From Rickettsiales bacterium (lineage in GTDB: Bacteria; Pseudomonadota; Alphaproteobacteria; Rickettsiales; UBA1997), in NCBI GenBank assembly GCA_038142525.1, contig JAYQKE010000014.1, forward strand, positions 7,309-71,308: DNA of 64,000 nucleotides, read 5' to 3'. Both the position numbers and the translations under genes were made by a program. Of this stretch, positions 10,654 through 20,896 are shown one piece after another (within the stretch, counting starts at the first letter, position 1; each line of letters starts with the position of its first letter). The notes below the pieces were generated by a model that was not told where the DNA came from, searched no databases, and was given only the letters and a program-made list of their open reading frames with translations.

Positions 10654-10848
10654 TAGTTGATTATTTAGAAAATTGGAGGATAGAAGATGAGGCAGAAAAG
10701 ATTTTACAAAAGGCAAAATCATTAGGATTTTATGATAATAATAAAACAACCCCACTAGATCAAATTGCAGAAATTATTTTGGATTGTAATATAATTTATG
10801 AAGATCTGGATCAATATCAATATGGTTTACTTGGTATTGCTGATTATA
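10650..10848 (+). pseudogene. ImmA/IrrE-like partner gene, 3'-truncated by an IS5 insertion
   Basis: Translationally coupled to the XRE gene. Only about 66 native codons remain before the IS terminus at 10849. The family assignment is tentative. Confidence 0.4.
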
Positions 10849-11041
10849 GGAACCTCTGAAAAACCAATTATCTAATTTATAGATTTGAAACTGTTTAATT
10901 TTGTTATTTTTGCCAAAGTTTAGCAAAGTTATTTTATAAAATTTTGTTTGAATTTATTTGATAAAAATAGCCAGAAAAGCTTGATTTATCTAGCTTTTTT
11001 GCTTATTATTGATATATTAAATTCAAATAAAATATATAATT

Positions 11042-12004
11042 ATGGCAACCCAGCAATCATTTTTTTCATTAGCAATTTCTGGTAGAAAATTAAGAGCGGA
11101 GAAGTTTCTTAATCAAATGACGGATATTATTCCATGGCAAAGATTGATTGATAAGATAGAGCCTTTTTATCCTAATGGTACTAGTGATTACGGTGGCAGG
11201 AAGGTGACAGATTTATTATTAATATTTAAGATTCATTTGTTACAGCAGTGGTTTGGTCTTAGTGATCCAGCTATGGAGGATGCTATATATGATAGAATAA
11301 GTTTTCAAAAATTCTTAAATATTGATATTGGTATTGATAATGTTCCGGATGAGACTGTGATATTGAGATTCCGTCATTTATTGGAAAAGCATAATTTATC
11401 GTCGATTATATTTAACGAGGTAAATTCATATCTTGAAGAGAATGATCTTTTGTTGAAGGAGGGTACGATAACTGATGCGACATTAATATCTGCTCCAACT
11501 AGTACAAAAAACAAGAAGAGGAAAAGGGACCAAGAGATGTCTTCTACCAAGAAAGGGAAGAATTATTATTTTGGCATGAAGTCTCATATTGGTGTGCAAA
11601 CTAAGGGTAAGCAAATTATTCATTCTATTGTCACGACGACAGCTAAAGATCATGATTCTACTAAAACAGAGGAGTTATTACATGGTGATGAAACTTCTTT
11701 ATTTGGTGACAAGGCCTATGATGATAAGGCAATAAAAAGATTTTGTAGGAATCACAATATATTTTATGGTATAACCAATAGAGCTAAATCTAACAAAAAA
11801 CTTTCAAATAAGCAAAAAAAGAGGAATAAACAATTTTCATCAGTTCGAGCTAAAGTTGAACATCCATTTCAAATTATAAAGCATCTTTGGGGCTATAGAA
11901 AGGTTAGATATAATGGTTTACAAAAGAATACTAATCAATTACAAATGCTATCATCCCTTGCTAATCTCTATATGGTTAGAAAAATACTACCAAATACAGC
12001 GTAA
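11042..12004 (+). CDS. IS5-family (IS5 group) DDE transposase, intact
   Basis: 320 aa, clearly similar along its length to E. coli IS5 InsH (..IIPWQRL..IEPFYP..AMEDA..RFRHLLE..DATLI.AP.STKN..HFGMK.HIG..VEHPF..). It has one substitution (KGKQII) relative to the other copies. Confidence 0.95.
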   Translation: MATQQSFFSLAISGRKLRAEKFLNQMTDIIPWQRLIDKIEPFYPNGTSDYGGRKVTDLLLIFKIHLLQQWFGLSDPAMEDAIYDRISFQKFLNIDIGIDNVPDETVILRFRHLLEKHNLSSIIFNEVNSYLEENDLLLKEGTITDATLISAPTSTKNKKRKRDQEMSSTKKGKNYYFGMKSHIGVQTKGKQIIHSIVTTTAKDHDSTKTEELLHGDETSLFGDKAYDDKAIKRFCRNHNIFYGITNRAKSNKKLSNKQKKRNKQFSSVRAKVEHPFQIIKHLWGYRKVRYNGLQKNTNQLQMLSSLANLYMVRKILPNTA

Positions 12005-12084
12005 CAAGGGATAAATGTGTCTAATTTAGCCAAAAATGGTAAAATTAGACAAGAAACTAGAGAAATTACCACAAATAATGCCTA

Positions 12085-12138
12085 AATTTGGATAAAGATT
12101 GTTAATTTTTAACAAAATTAGCAATCTTTATCCAAATT
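12085..12138. repeat. long near-perfect hairpin inside the IS5 3' untranslated part (representative copy)
   Basis: AATTTGGATAAAGATTG (12085-12101) pairs with CAATCTTTATCCAAATT (12122-12138). The inner TAATTTT/AAAATTA extends the stem to about 26 bp around a 4-nt loop. It is present in every full copy. Confidence 0.8.
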
Positions 12139-12200
12139 ATAAAAATTTTTTCTGAAAAATGAAAAAATAGACAAAATTAAATAGGAAAATCAGAGGTTCC

Positions 12201-13005
12201 CAAACAGGCCCTTTTGATTTATGACCTTAGCTATTTTCTCGTTATCAATATCTTGCTTATCATCTATTTTTTCAGATAAATAATTATTTACTAAATCAGC
12301 CTTTTTCTTTGGATCAAGCACAATATAGGCATAGGTCTTCTTCTTGTTTAGCTTAATCTCCTTTTCTTTAATAAATACCACTCTCTTTTTGGATACTTTT
12401 ACTGCATTAGATGCCAGATCTATTTTTTCATTATCAATTACTTCTTTGAATAATTTTCTGCCAGACGGAAGTCTAATTATAAAATTGATCTTATTTTTTT
12501 GTAATAATTCAATATTATCATTAGAATAAAAGCCCGCATCTAGCAGTACCGCTTTAGCTGTAGTGTTATGAGCCTTAAGTTCTTTGATAGTATTTGTGAG
12601 TGTTGAGATGTCCGCTATACTGCCTGCATTGTAGCGAAAGTACAGAGGTAGATTGTTATCGGCAGAAACAACTGACATAAATTTTATCTGCCTATCAATA
12701 GAGCCACTATTATAGCCAAACTCATTAATTGGAGTATTGATTTCATTTGGCATGCTACTTCCATCTACTATTAGACCTTCTTTGCTGTCTTTTGTTGCGA
12801 TAGGAAGATATTTTCTAAAAAAGTCTTTTTGAAGCTTTTCACTTCCCAGTTCTTTTAGGAAATTACTGATAGCTTGTGAGCTCATAGAAGAGCCTGGAAA
12901 TAAATGTTTAGATATATCGCCTTCATACCAATCATTAGCTAAATACATTGCAGATCCATTGATGAGACGATAGGATAGTAAGCTTTTTAATGTTTTAAGC
13001 TTTAC
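12201..13005 (-). pseudogene. IS1634-like (IS4 superfamily) transposase fragment
   Basis: ORF 12190-12948 matches residues of the copy at 38468-39274 and continues into the segment found at 31801. It is bounded on both sides by IS5 termini. Confidence 0.75.
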
Positions 13006-14356
13006 GGAACCTCTGATTTTCCTATTTAATTTTGTCTATTTTTTCATTTTTCAGAAAAAATTTTTATAATTTGGATAAAGATTGCTAATTTTGTTAAAAA
13101 TTAACAATCTTTATCCAAATTTAGGCATTATTTGTGGTAATTTCTCTAGTTTCTTGTCTAATTTTACCATTTTTGGCTAAATTAGACACATTTATCCCTT
13201 GTTACGCTGTATTTGGTAGTATTTTTCTAACCATATAGAGATTAGCAAGGGATGATAGCATTTGTAATTGATTAGTATTCTTTTGTAAACCATTATATCT
13301 AACCTTTCTATAGCCCCAAAGATGCTTTATAATTTGAAATGGATGTTCAACTTTAGCTCGAACTGATGAAAATTGTTTATTCCTCTTTTTTTGCTTATTT
13401 GAAAGTTTTTTGTTAGATTTAGCTCTATTGGTTATACCATAAAATATATTGTGATTCCTACAAAATCTTTTTATTGCCTTATCATCATAGGCCTTGTCAC
13501 CAAATAAAGAAGTTTCATCACCATGTAATAACTCCTCTGTTTTAGTAGAATCATGATCTTTAGCTGTCGTCGTGACAATAGAATGAATAATTGGCTTACC
13601 CTTAGTTTGCACACCAATATGAGACTTCATGCCAAAATAATAATTCTTCCCTTTCTTGGTAGAAGACATCTCTTGGTCCCTTTTCCTCTTCTTGTTTTTG
13701 TGCTAGTTGGAGCAGATATTAATGTCGCATCAGTTATCGTACCCTCCTTCAACAAAAGATCATTCTCTTCAAGATATGAATTTACCTCGTTAAATATAAT
13801 CGACGATAAATTATGCTTTTCCAATAAATGACGGAATCTCAATATCACAGTCTCATCCGGAACATTATCAATACCAATATCAATATTTAAGAATTTTTGA
13901 AAACTTATTCTATCATATATAGCATCCTCCATAGCTGGATCACTAAGACCAAACCACTGCTGTAACAAATGAATCTTAAATATTAATAATAAATCTGTCA
14001 CCTTCCTGCCACCGTAATCACTAGTACCATTAGGATAAAAAGGCTCTATCTTATCAATCAATCTTTGCCATGGAATAATATCCGTCATTTGATTAAGAAA
14101 CTTCTCCGCTCTTAATTTTCTACCAGAAATTGCTAATGAAAAAAATGATTGCTGGGTTGCCATAATTATATATTTTATTTGAATTTAATATATCAATAAT
14201 AAGCAAAAAAGCTAGATAAATCAAGCTTTTCTGGCTATTTTTATCAAATAAATTCAAACAAAATTTTATAAAATAACTTTGCTAAACTTTGGCAAAAATA
14301 ACAAAATTAAACAGTTTCAAATCTATAAATTAGATAATTGGTTTTTCAGAGGTTCC
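13006..14356 (-). mobile_element. IS5-family element (type A), full length (1351 bp), transposase frameshifted
   Basis: IS termini at 13006 and 14356. The flanks are two non-adjacent parts of the IS1634-like element, which implies an adjacent deletion of about 0.3 kb. Confidence 0.9.
13202..14163 (-). pseudogene. IS5-family transposase, 1-bp loss in an A-run
   Basis: Split into ORFs 13202-13669 and 13627-14163. It reads ..TSTKTRRGKG.. where intact copies read ..TSTKNKKRKRDQEM. Confidence 0.9.
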
Positions 14357-14491
14357 ATAGCTCATAATCGTGAGTAAAGAATTAATAATAGGCACGAGTA
14401 TATAGAACTAAAAAGTCGGTTGCAAGCTTTTATTTGCTTAGATTAATGTTTTTTTAAGGACTATCGTGGGTAAAGATATGGGAATTTAAGT
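14357..14491 (-). mobile_element. IS1634-like element, 5' end with terminal repeat
   Basis: Matches 38134-38262 in reverse complement. It ends with GGGTAAAGATATGGGAATTTAAGT, the same terminal repeat as at 32287-32310. Confidence 0.7.
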
Positions 14492-15298
14492 TCATGCAAT
14501 AAATATTAACATTTGGCAGTAATAGAGTAAATTCTTAAAAAAAAATTTTATGCATTTTATAAAGATAGAACTGTTATTATAGGAACCTCTGATTTTCCTA
14601 TTTAATTTTGTCTATTTTTTCATTTTTCAGAAAAAATTTTTATAATTTGGATAAAGATTGCTAATTTTGTTAAAAATTAACAATCTTTATCCAAATTTAG
14701 GCATTATTTGTGGTAATTTCTCTAGTTTCTTGTCTAATTTTACCATTTTTGGCTAAATTAGACACATTTATCCCTTGTTACGCTGTATTTGGTAGTATTT
14801 TTCTAACCATATAGAGATTAGCAAGGGATGATAGCATTTGTAATTGATTAGTATTCTTTTGTAAACCATTATATCTAACCTTTCTATAGCCCCAAAGATG
14901 CTTTATAATTTGAAATGGATGTTCAACTTTAGCTCGAACTGATGAAAATTGTTTATTCCTCTTTTTTTGCTTATTTGAAAGTTTTTTGTTAGATTTAGCT
15001 CTATTGGTTATACCATAAAATATATTGTGATTCCTACAAAATCTTTTTATTGCCTTATCATCATAGGCCTTGTCACCAAATAAAGAAGTTTCATCACCAT
15101 GTAATAACTCCTCTGTTTTAGTAGAATCATGATCTTTAGCTGTCGTCGTGACAATAGAATGAATAATTGGCTTACCCTTAGTTTGCACACCAATATGAGA
15201 CTTCATGCCAAAATAATAATTCTTCCCTTTCTTGGTAGGAGACATCGCTTGGTCCCTTTTCCTCTTCTTGTTTTTTGTGCTAGTTGGAGCAGATATTA

Positions 15299-16650
15299 GG
15301 AACCTCTGATTTTCCTATTTAATTTTGTCTATTTTTTCATTTTTCAGAAAAAATTTTTATAATTTGGATAAAGATTGCTAATTTTGTTAAAAATTAACAA
15401 TCTTTATCCAAATTTAGACATTATTTGTGGTAATTTCTCTAGTTTCTTGTCTAATTTTACCATTTTTGGCTAAATTAGACACATTTATCCCTTGTTACGC
15501 TGTATTTGGTAGTATTTTTCTAACCATATAGAGATTAGCAAGGGATGATAGCATTTGTAATTGATTAGTATTCTTTTGTAAACCATTATATCTAACCTTT
15601 CTATAGCCCCAAAGATGCTTTATAATTTGAAATGGATGTTCAACTTTAGCTCGAACTGATGAAAATTGTTTATTCCTCTTTTTTTGCTTATTTGAAAGTT
15701 TTTTGTTAGATTTAGCTCTATTGGTTATACCATAAAATATATTGTGATTCCTACAAAATCTTTTTATTGCCTTATCATCATAGGCCTTGTCACCAAATAA
15801 AGAAGTTTCATCACCATGTAATAACTCCTCTGTTTTAGTAGAATCATGATCTTTAGCTGTCGTCGTGACAATAGAATGAATAATTGGCTTACCCTTAGTT
15901 TGCACACCAATATGAGACTTCATGCCAAAATAATAATTCTTCCCTTTCTTGGTAGAAGACATCTCTTGGTCCCTTTTCCTCTTCTTGTTTTTTGTACTAG
16001 TTGGAGCAGATATTAATGTCGCATCAGTTATCGTACCCTCCTTCAACAAAAGATCATTCTCTTCAAGATATGAATTTACCTCGTTAAATATAATCGACGA
16101 TAAATTATGCTTTTCCAATAAATGACGGAATCTCAATATCACAGTCTCATCCGGAACATTATCAATACCAATATCAATATTTAAGAATTTTTGAAAACTT
16201 ATTCTATCATATATAGCATCCTCCATAGCTGGATCACTAAGACCAAACCACTGCTGTAACAAATGAATCTTAAATATTAATAATAAATCTGTCACCTTCC
16301 TGCCACCGTAATCACTAGTACCATTAGGATAAAAAGGCTCTATCTTATCAATCAATCTTTGCCATGGAATAATATCCGTCATTTGATTAAGAAACTTCTC
16401 CGCTCTTAATTTTCTACCAGAAATTGCTAATGAAAAAAATGATTGCTGGGTTGCCATAATTATATATTTTATTTGAATTTAATATATCAATAATAAGCAA
16501 AAAAGCTAGATAAATCAAGCTTTTCTGGCTATTTTTATCAAATAAATTCAAACAAAATTTTATAAAATAACTTTGCTAAACTTTGGCAAAAATAACAAAA
16601 TTAAACAGTTTCAAATCTATAAATTAGATAATTGGTTTTTCAGAGGTTCC
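15299..16650 (-). mobile_element. IS5-family element (type A), full length 1352 bp, intact, nested in another copy
   Basis: Both termini are intact and it is flanked by a 4-bp ATTA target duplication inside the host copy. Confidence 0.93.
15495..16457 (-). CDS. IS5-family DDE transposase, intact
   Basis: 320-aa ORF identical to the consensus of the copies. Confidence 0.95.
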   Translation of the reverse strand: MATQQSFFSLAISGRKLRAEKFLNQMTDIIPWQRLIDKIEPFYPNGTSDYGGRKVTDLLLIFKIHLLQQWFGLSDPAMEDAIYDRISFQKFLNIDIGIDNVPDETVILRFRHLLEKHNLSSIIFNEVNSYLEENDLLLKEGTITDATLISAPTSTKNKKRKRDQEMSSTKKGKNYYFGMKSHIGVQTKGKPIIHSIVTTTAKDHDSTKTEELLHGDETSLFGDKAYDDKAIKRFCRNHNIFYGITNRAKSNKKLSNKQKKRNKQFSSVRAKVEHPFQIIKHLWGYRKVRYNGLQKNTNQLQMLSSLANLYMVRKILPNTA

Positions 16651-17575
16651 ATTAATGTCGCATCAGTTATCGTACCCTCCTTCAACAAAAGATCATTCTC
16701 TTCATTCTCTTGGTAGAGATATGAATTTACCTCGTTAAATATAATCGACGATAAATTATGCTTTTCCAATAAATGACGGAATCTCAATATCACAGTCTCA
16801 TCCGGAACATTATCAATACCAATATCAATATTTAAGAATTTTTGAAAACTTATTCTATCATATATAGCATCCTCCATAGCTGGATCACTAAGACCAAACC
16901 ACTGCTGTAACAAATGAATCTTAAATATTAATAATAAATCTGTCACCTTCCTGCCACCGTAATCACTAGTACCATTAGGATAAAAAGGCTCTATCTTATC
17001 AATCAATCTTTGCCATGGAATAATATCCGTCATTTGATTAAGAAACTTCTCCGCTCTTAATTTTCTACCAGAAATTGCTAATGAAAAAAATGATTGCTGG
17101 GTTGCCATAATTATATATTTTATTTGAATTTAATATATCAATAATAAGCAAAAAAGCTAGATAAATCAAGCTTTTCTGGCTATTTTTATCAAATAAATTC
17201 AAACAAAATTTTATAAAATAACTTTGCTAAACTTTGGCAAAAATAACAAAATTAAACAGTTTCAAATCTATAAATTAGATAATTGGTTTTTCAGAGGTTC
17301 CCTTATTTAAAGCCTAAAATTTTTACAATGTCAATGACCATTAAAAAATAAATAATATATATTTACTTATTAAAATAAAATATTAGCCTTTATTGACCTG
17401 GTCACGAATTAATCACTATTTTAACTGCAATTTTTCAATTTAATTTTAACCTAAAAAAGTTAATTGTTAAAACAAGAAACTAGTTTGTGACCGGGTTAAT
17501 AAATATATCATACAACTAAATTAATCTTAAATTAGTTGGCTCTAATAAAATTAATCAACTTTCAATATAATAAAA

Positions 17576-18129
17576 ATGTTAACAATTGGTGATAAATTCC
17601 CAGCTTTTAAATTACAAGCTGTTCCTGGTGGTAAATATCCAAATTCTATGGATGAAGCTTTTACTGAAATTAGCAATGAAACTAATAAGGGTAAATGGCA
17701 AGTTATCTTCTTTTATCCGAAAGATTTTACTTTTGTTTGTCCAACTGAAATTGCCAAGCTTTTGCTAGATTAAATGAAGAATTTACTGATAGAGATGCAG
17801 TTTTAATGACTGCAAGTACTGATAGTGAATTTGTTCATCTTGCTTGGAAAAGAGATAATGAAGATTTAAAAGATCTTTCAATACCTATGCTTGCTGATGT
17901 TGGCGGTGTTTTATCTAAGGATTTGGGTATTTTAAATCCAGATGCTTTAGTCTCTAACAGAGCAACTTTTATTGCTGATCCAGATGGAATTATTAGATTC
18001 GTTTCGGTTACCGATCTTTCAGTTGGTAGAAATCCTGATGAAGTTTTAAGAGTTTTAGATGCTCTTCAAACTGACGAATTATGTCCTTGTAATTGGAAAA
18101 AAGGTGATGATGTAATTGAGGTTAAGTAG
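17576..18129 (+). pseudogene. ahpC: peroxiredoxin (AhpC/TSA family), one frameshift
   Basis: ORF 17576-17773 (..[10 protein letters not shown]) and ORF 17806-18129 (..CPCNWKKGDDVIEVK) are in different frames. The connecting peptide [20 protein letters not shown] is readable after a 1-nt shift near 17755. Confidence 0.85.
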
Positions 18130-18140
18130 CATTAAATAAG

Positions 18141-18161
18141 CTCCCCCTGAAAATGGGGGAG
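18141..18161 (+). terminator. intrinsic terminator-like hairpin after ahpC
   Basis: CTCCCCC-tgaaaat-GGGGGAG followed by taaatttctt. Confidence 0.55.
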
Positions 18162-18218
18162 TAAATTTCTTGTCAAACAAATATTTATTTAAAAGTAAAA
18201 TTTTTAATCACATTAGAC

Positions 18219-18731
18219 ATGACTATAGAATTTCAAGATTACGCTAAAGATATCAAGCTAAATCTTTCTAGCGTTTTAAAAATTGATCCAGAATCAGAAT
18301 TAAAAGAAAATCAAATTTTTGCTATTGCTCTTTCTTGTGCTTACGCTACTAAAAATAGTGAGATTGTTAATGATATTTTAGATAAAGCTGGTGATCAAAT
18401 AAGCAGTGAAGAAAAAAAAATCTTAAAAAAAGTCACGCTTCTCTTATGGCTATGAATAATATTTATTATCGTTTTGCACATTTGGTTAGCGATAAGGATT
18501 ATTTAACTATGCCGGCTAAACTTAGAATGAATTTTATTGGCAATCCTGGAATTGATAAAATCGATTTTGAGCTTTATTCTTTAGCAGTTTCGGCAATTAA
18601 TGGTTGCGGCCTCTGTATTGATTCTCATGTAAAACAAGTTTCTAATGCCGTTAATAAAAAGACCATTCAACATTCTATCAGAATTCTTCGCCACAATTAA
18701 TGCAGTTGCCCAAGCAATTTTTATAAATTAA
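18219..18731 (+). pseudogene. ahpD: alkylhydroperoxidase AhpD-family protein, two frameshifts
   Basis: CxxC core [10 protein letters not shown]. The first shift is in A9 (18412-18420) or A7 (18425-18431). The second is near 18680, after which [14 protein letters not shown] is readable. Confidence 0.8.
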
Positions 18732-18742
18732 ATCAATTCGTT

Positions 18743-19177
18743 ATGACTAAAAAAGTAACAGATTCATTAAAAATAGTATTAGCAGATAGCTATATCTTAT
18801 ATTTAAAAACCCAAAATTATCATTGGAATGTAACTGGTCCTAACTTCCATTCACTGCACTCAATGTTTGAGGAGCAATATAATGATCTATTTTCTGCAGT
18901 CGATTTAATAGCTGAAAGAATTAGGGCTCTTGGTGTAAAAGCTCCAGGAAGATATGCTAAATATATGGAGTTAACTAATCTTAAAGAAGGTGATGAAAAT
19001 TTAGATTCTAATTCTATGGTTTCTGATCTAGCAAAAGACCAAGATTTAATAGCTAAGAGTTTTAGTAATTTATTAAAAGAAGCTCAAGAAATTGGTGACG
19101 AAGTAACGGTTGGTATCGCAACTGATCGTATTGAAATTCATCAAAAAAATGCTTGGATGCTAAGAAGTAGTATTTAG
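18743..19177 (+). CDS. dps: Dps-family DNA-protection/ferritin-like protein
   Basis: 144 aa with ..YLKTQNYHWNVTGPNFHSLHSMFEEQY.. typical of Dps. Confidence 0.88.
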   Translation: MTKKVTDSLKIVLADSYILYLKTQNYHWNVTGPNFHSLHSMFEEQYNDLFSAVDLIAERIRALGVKAPGRYAKYMELTNLKEGDENLDSNSMVSDLAKDQDLIAKSFSNLLKEAQEIGDEVTVGIATDRIEIHQKNAWMLRSSI

Positions 19178-19378
19178 CTAAAAATATATAAATAATCTAA
19201 TAACTCCCTTCTATGGCGGAGTCAAAGTAACCTTAAATTACTTTGCTATAATCCCTAAAAAATTAGTTTAGATATAACATTTCAAACTTTGGGGGGGTAT
19301 TATACCTTACTCCCCTACATAATTATTGATCATTAATTTTCACGATATATCATATCCTCCTTAATCAAAATAAGGATC

Positions 19379-19932
19379 ATGAAAGAATTAATAAATCAAT
19401 ATTTCAGTGACTTTGGCAAAGTTCTTCCAAAGAGGTTAGTTAATATAACAACTGCGATAATGCGATGCGGTAGCGCTAATACTTACCAAATAGCCAGACA
19501 GCTTTCAAAGGAAAACAATAAAAGCTTTAAGACAAATGATATGGCTGTTTATAGATTATTACATAGCAAAGATTTCCAGATAGATGATTCCTTTTGGCGC
19601 AAACATGTGAAGCTAATATTTAGCTTGTTAGAGGAAAAAAATGTAATATTGAAAGGTCAAAGAATACAAATAAATATCGACTTCACAAGTCATGAAAATA
19701 ATTTCTTAATTCTTAGTGCTAAATTATTTTAAATGGTAAAGCAATTACCATATATTTTTCGATGCGCAAATATCCAAAAAAGAAGAATCAAATGTCACAA
19801 ATAAAAATGGAAGAAGCTTTTATAAAGGGTCTAAGGCATGTATTATCTAAGAAATATAGCTATGTAATAGTTGCGGATAGGGGTTTTGGAAATAATAGAT
19901 TCGCTAATCTTTGCAAGGAAAATAATTTTGAT
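19379..19932 (+). pseudogene. IS4-superfamily DDE transposase fragment (frameshifted, 3'-truncated)
   Basis: ..INIDFTS.. and ..VIVADRGFGNNRF.. motifs in two frames (19379-19732, 19762-). It is cut by the IS5 remnant at 19933. Confidence 0.6.
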
Positions 19933-20067
19933 TCTAATTTAGCCAAAAATGGTAAAATTAGACAAGAAACTCTGATTTTTCCTATTTTTGTTAATTTTTA
20001 ACAAAATTAGCAATTTTTTTCTGAAAAATGAAAAATAGACAAAATTAAATAGGAAAATCAGAGGTTC
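19933..20067 (+). mobile_element. IS5-family (type A) 3'-end remnant with internal deletions
   Basis: tctaatttagccaaaaatggtaaaattagacaagaaac ... aaataggaaaatcagaggttcc. About 135 bp remain where the full copies have about 190 bp. Confidence 0.8.
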
Positions 20068-20321
20068 CTTTGGTATAAGATATTATTAATAAGGATATAA
20101 AAAGCTCACAAAAAAGATGTAAGGATAATAAATTTAACGATATTTATATTATCAATTATCATTATTATATCAGTTTCCGTTTTTTTAACTTTCAGAATAC
20201 AAAGCTATTATGACTGGACACAAAAAAAGTTAAACTCGTGTCCGATAAGTGTGAAAGAATTGCTAAGGTTACTAATAACGCAAAGACAACTTATTTCAAC
20301 CTAGACGTTTCTTATAAATCT

Positions 20322-20896
20322 TTAAAGTTGGGAATTTCTATGATCAGAAGTAATAATTAAATCTAATTTTTTATCAAATTTTTCTATAGGTAATAATTTA
20401 TCATAATATTGTTCTTTATAGGAAGTTCCTATAAATTTTGTTTGATAATTATTTTTACGATATTTTTCTATTAAACGATCATAAAATCCACCACCCATTC
20501 CTATTCTATTATTATTTTTATCAAAACAAACTAATGGGCAAAATACTATATCCATTATATCATTAGTAACCTCTATTGGTTCAATAATTTTGGAAATTTT
20601 ATGGTTTCTTGTTAGATTTTCTTGAGAAAGATGACCAAATTCTAGTTTTTTTGCAATTATTTTTGGTAAAAATATTTGATAATTTTTATTTTGAAGAAAT
20701 TCTTCTATCAAACTTAACTCCACTTCGTTATTTATTGATGAATATAGGGCTATATTTTTAATATTTTTTTGTTCTGTAATATATTTAATGGCTTTGAGAC
20801 AAATTTTTTTGATTCTTTTGTCACAAAATCTTTAGAAAAAGACAATCTATGATCAAAGAAATATTGTCGAATTTTACTTTTCTGCTCTTGAGACAT
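20322..20896 (-). pseudogene. 5-formyltetrahydrofolate cyclo-ligase, probable single frameshift
   Basis: C-terminal ORF 20322-20723 contains ..RIGMGGGFYDR... The N-terminus MSQEQKSKIRQYFFDHRLSFSKDF starts at 20896 in another frame. The shift lies between about 20765 and 20836, possibly in the T7 run at 20804-20810. Confidence 0.65.

Larger units (their letters stand above)
10849..12200 (+). mobile_element. IS5-family element (type A), full length 1352 bp, intact
   Basis: Terminal GGAACCTCTGA at 10849-10859 and its complement at 12190-12200. There is no matching TSD because the right flank is another IS. Confidence 0.92.
14582..17301 (-). mobile_element. IS5-family element (type A) split by insertion of a second copy
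   Basis: The outer copy consists of 14582-15298 plus 16651-17301. ATTA is duplicated at 15295-15298 and 16651-16654. It also carries a 12-bp in-frame insertion (..SYLYQENEENDL..). Confidence 0.9.

Noticed and set aside
13202-14163. The two overlapping transposase ORFs in some IS5 copies could be a programmed-frameshift arrangement.
   Set aside because: Four other copies encode the same protein as a single 320-aa ORF. The split copies differ from them by 1-bp indels at different positions. These are inactivating mutations.
13006-17301. Regularly recurring ~200-bp identical blocks (ggaacctctgattttcc.. / ..ggtttttcagaggttcc) looked superficially like an array of repeats and spacers.
   Set aside because: They are the two non-coding ends of the IS5 type A element, always attached to transposase sequence. 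There are no short direct repeats with unique spacers, so this is not a CRISPR array.
19285-19300. A G7 run (tttgggggggtat) in the spacer before the IS4-like fragment could be a phase-variation tract.
   Set aside because: It is not inside or immediately upstream of any intact gene. With no functional context it is not reportable.
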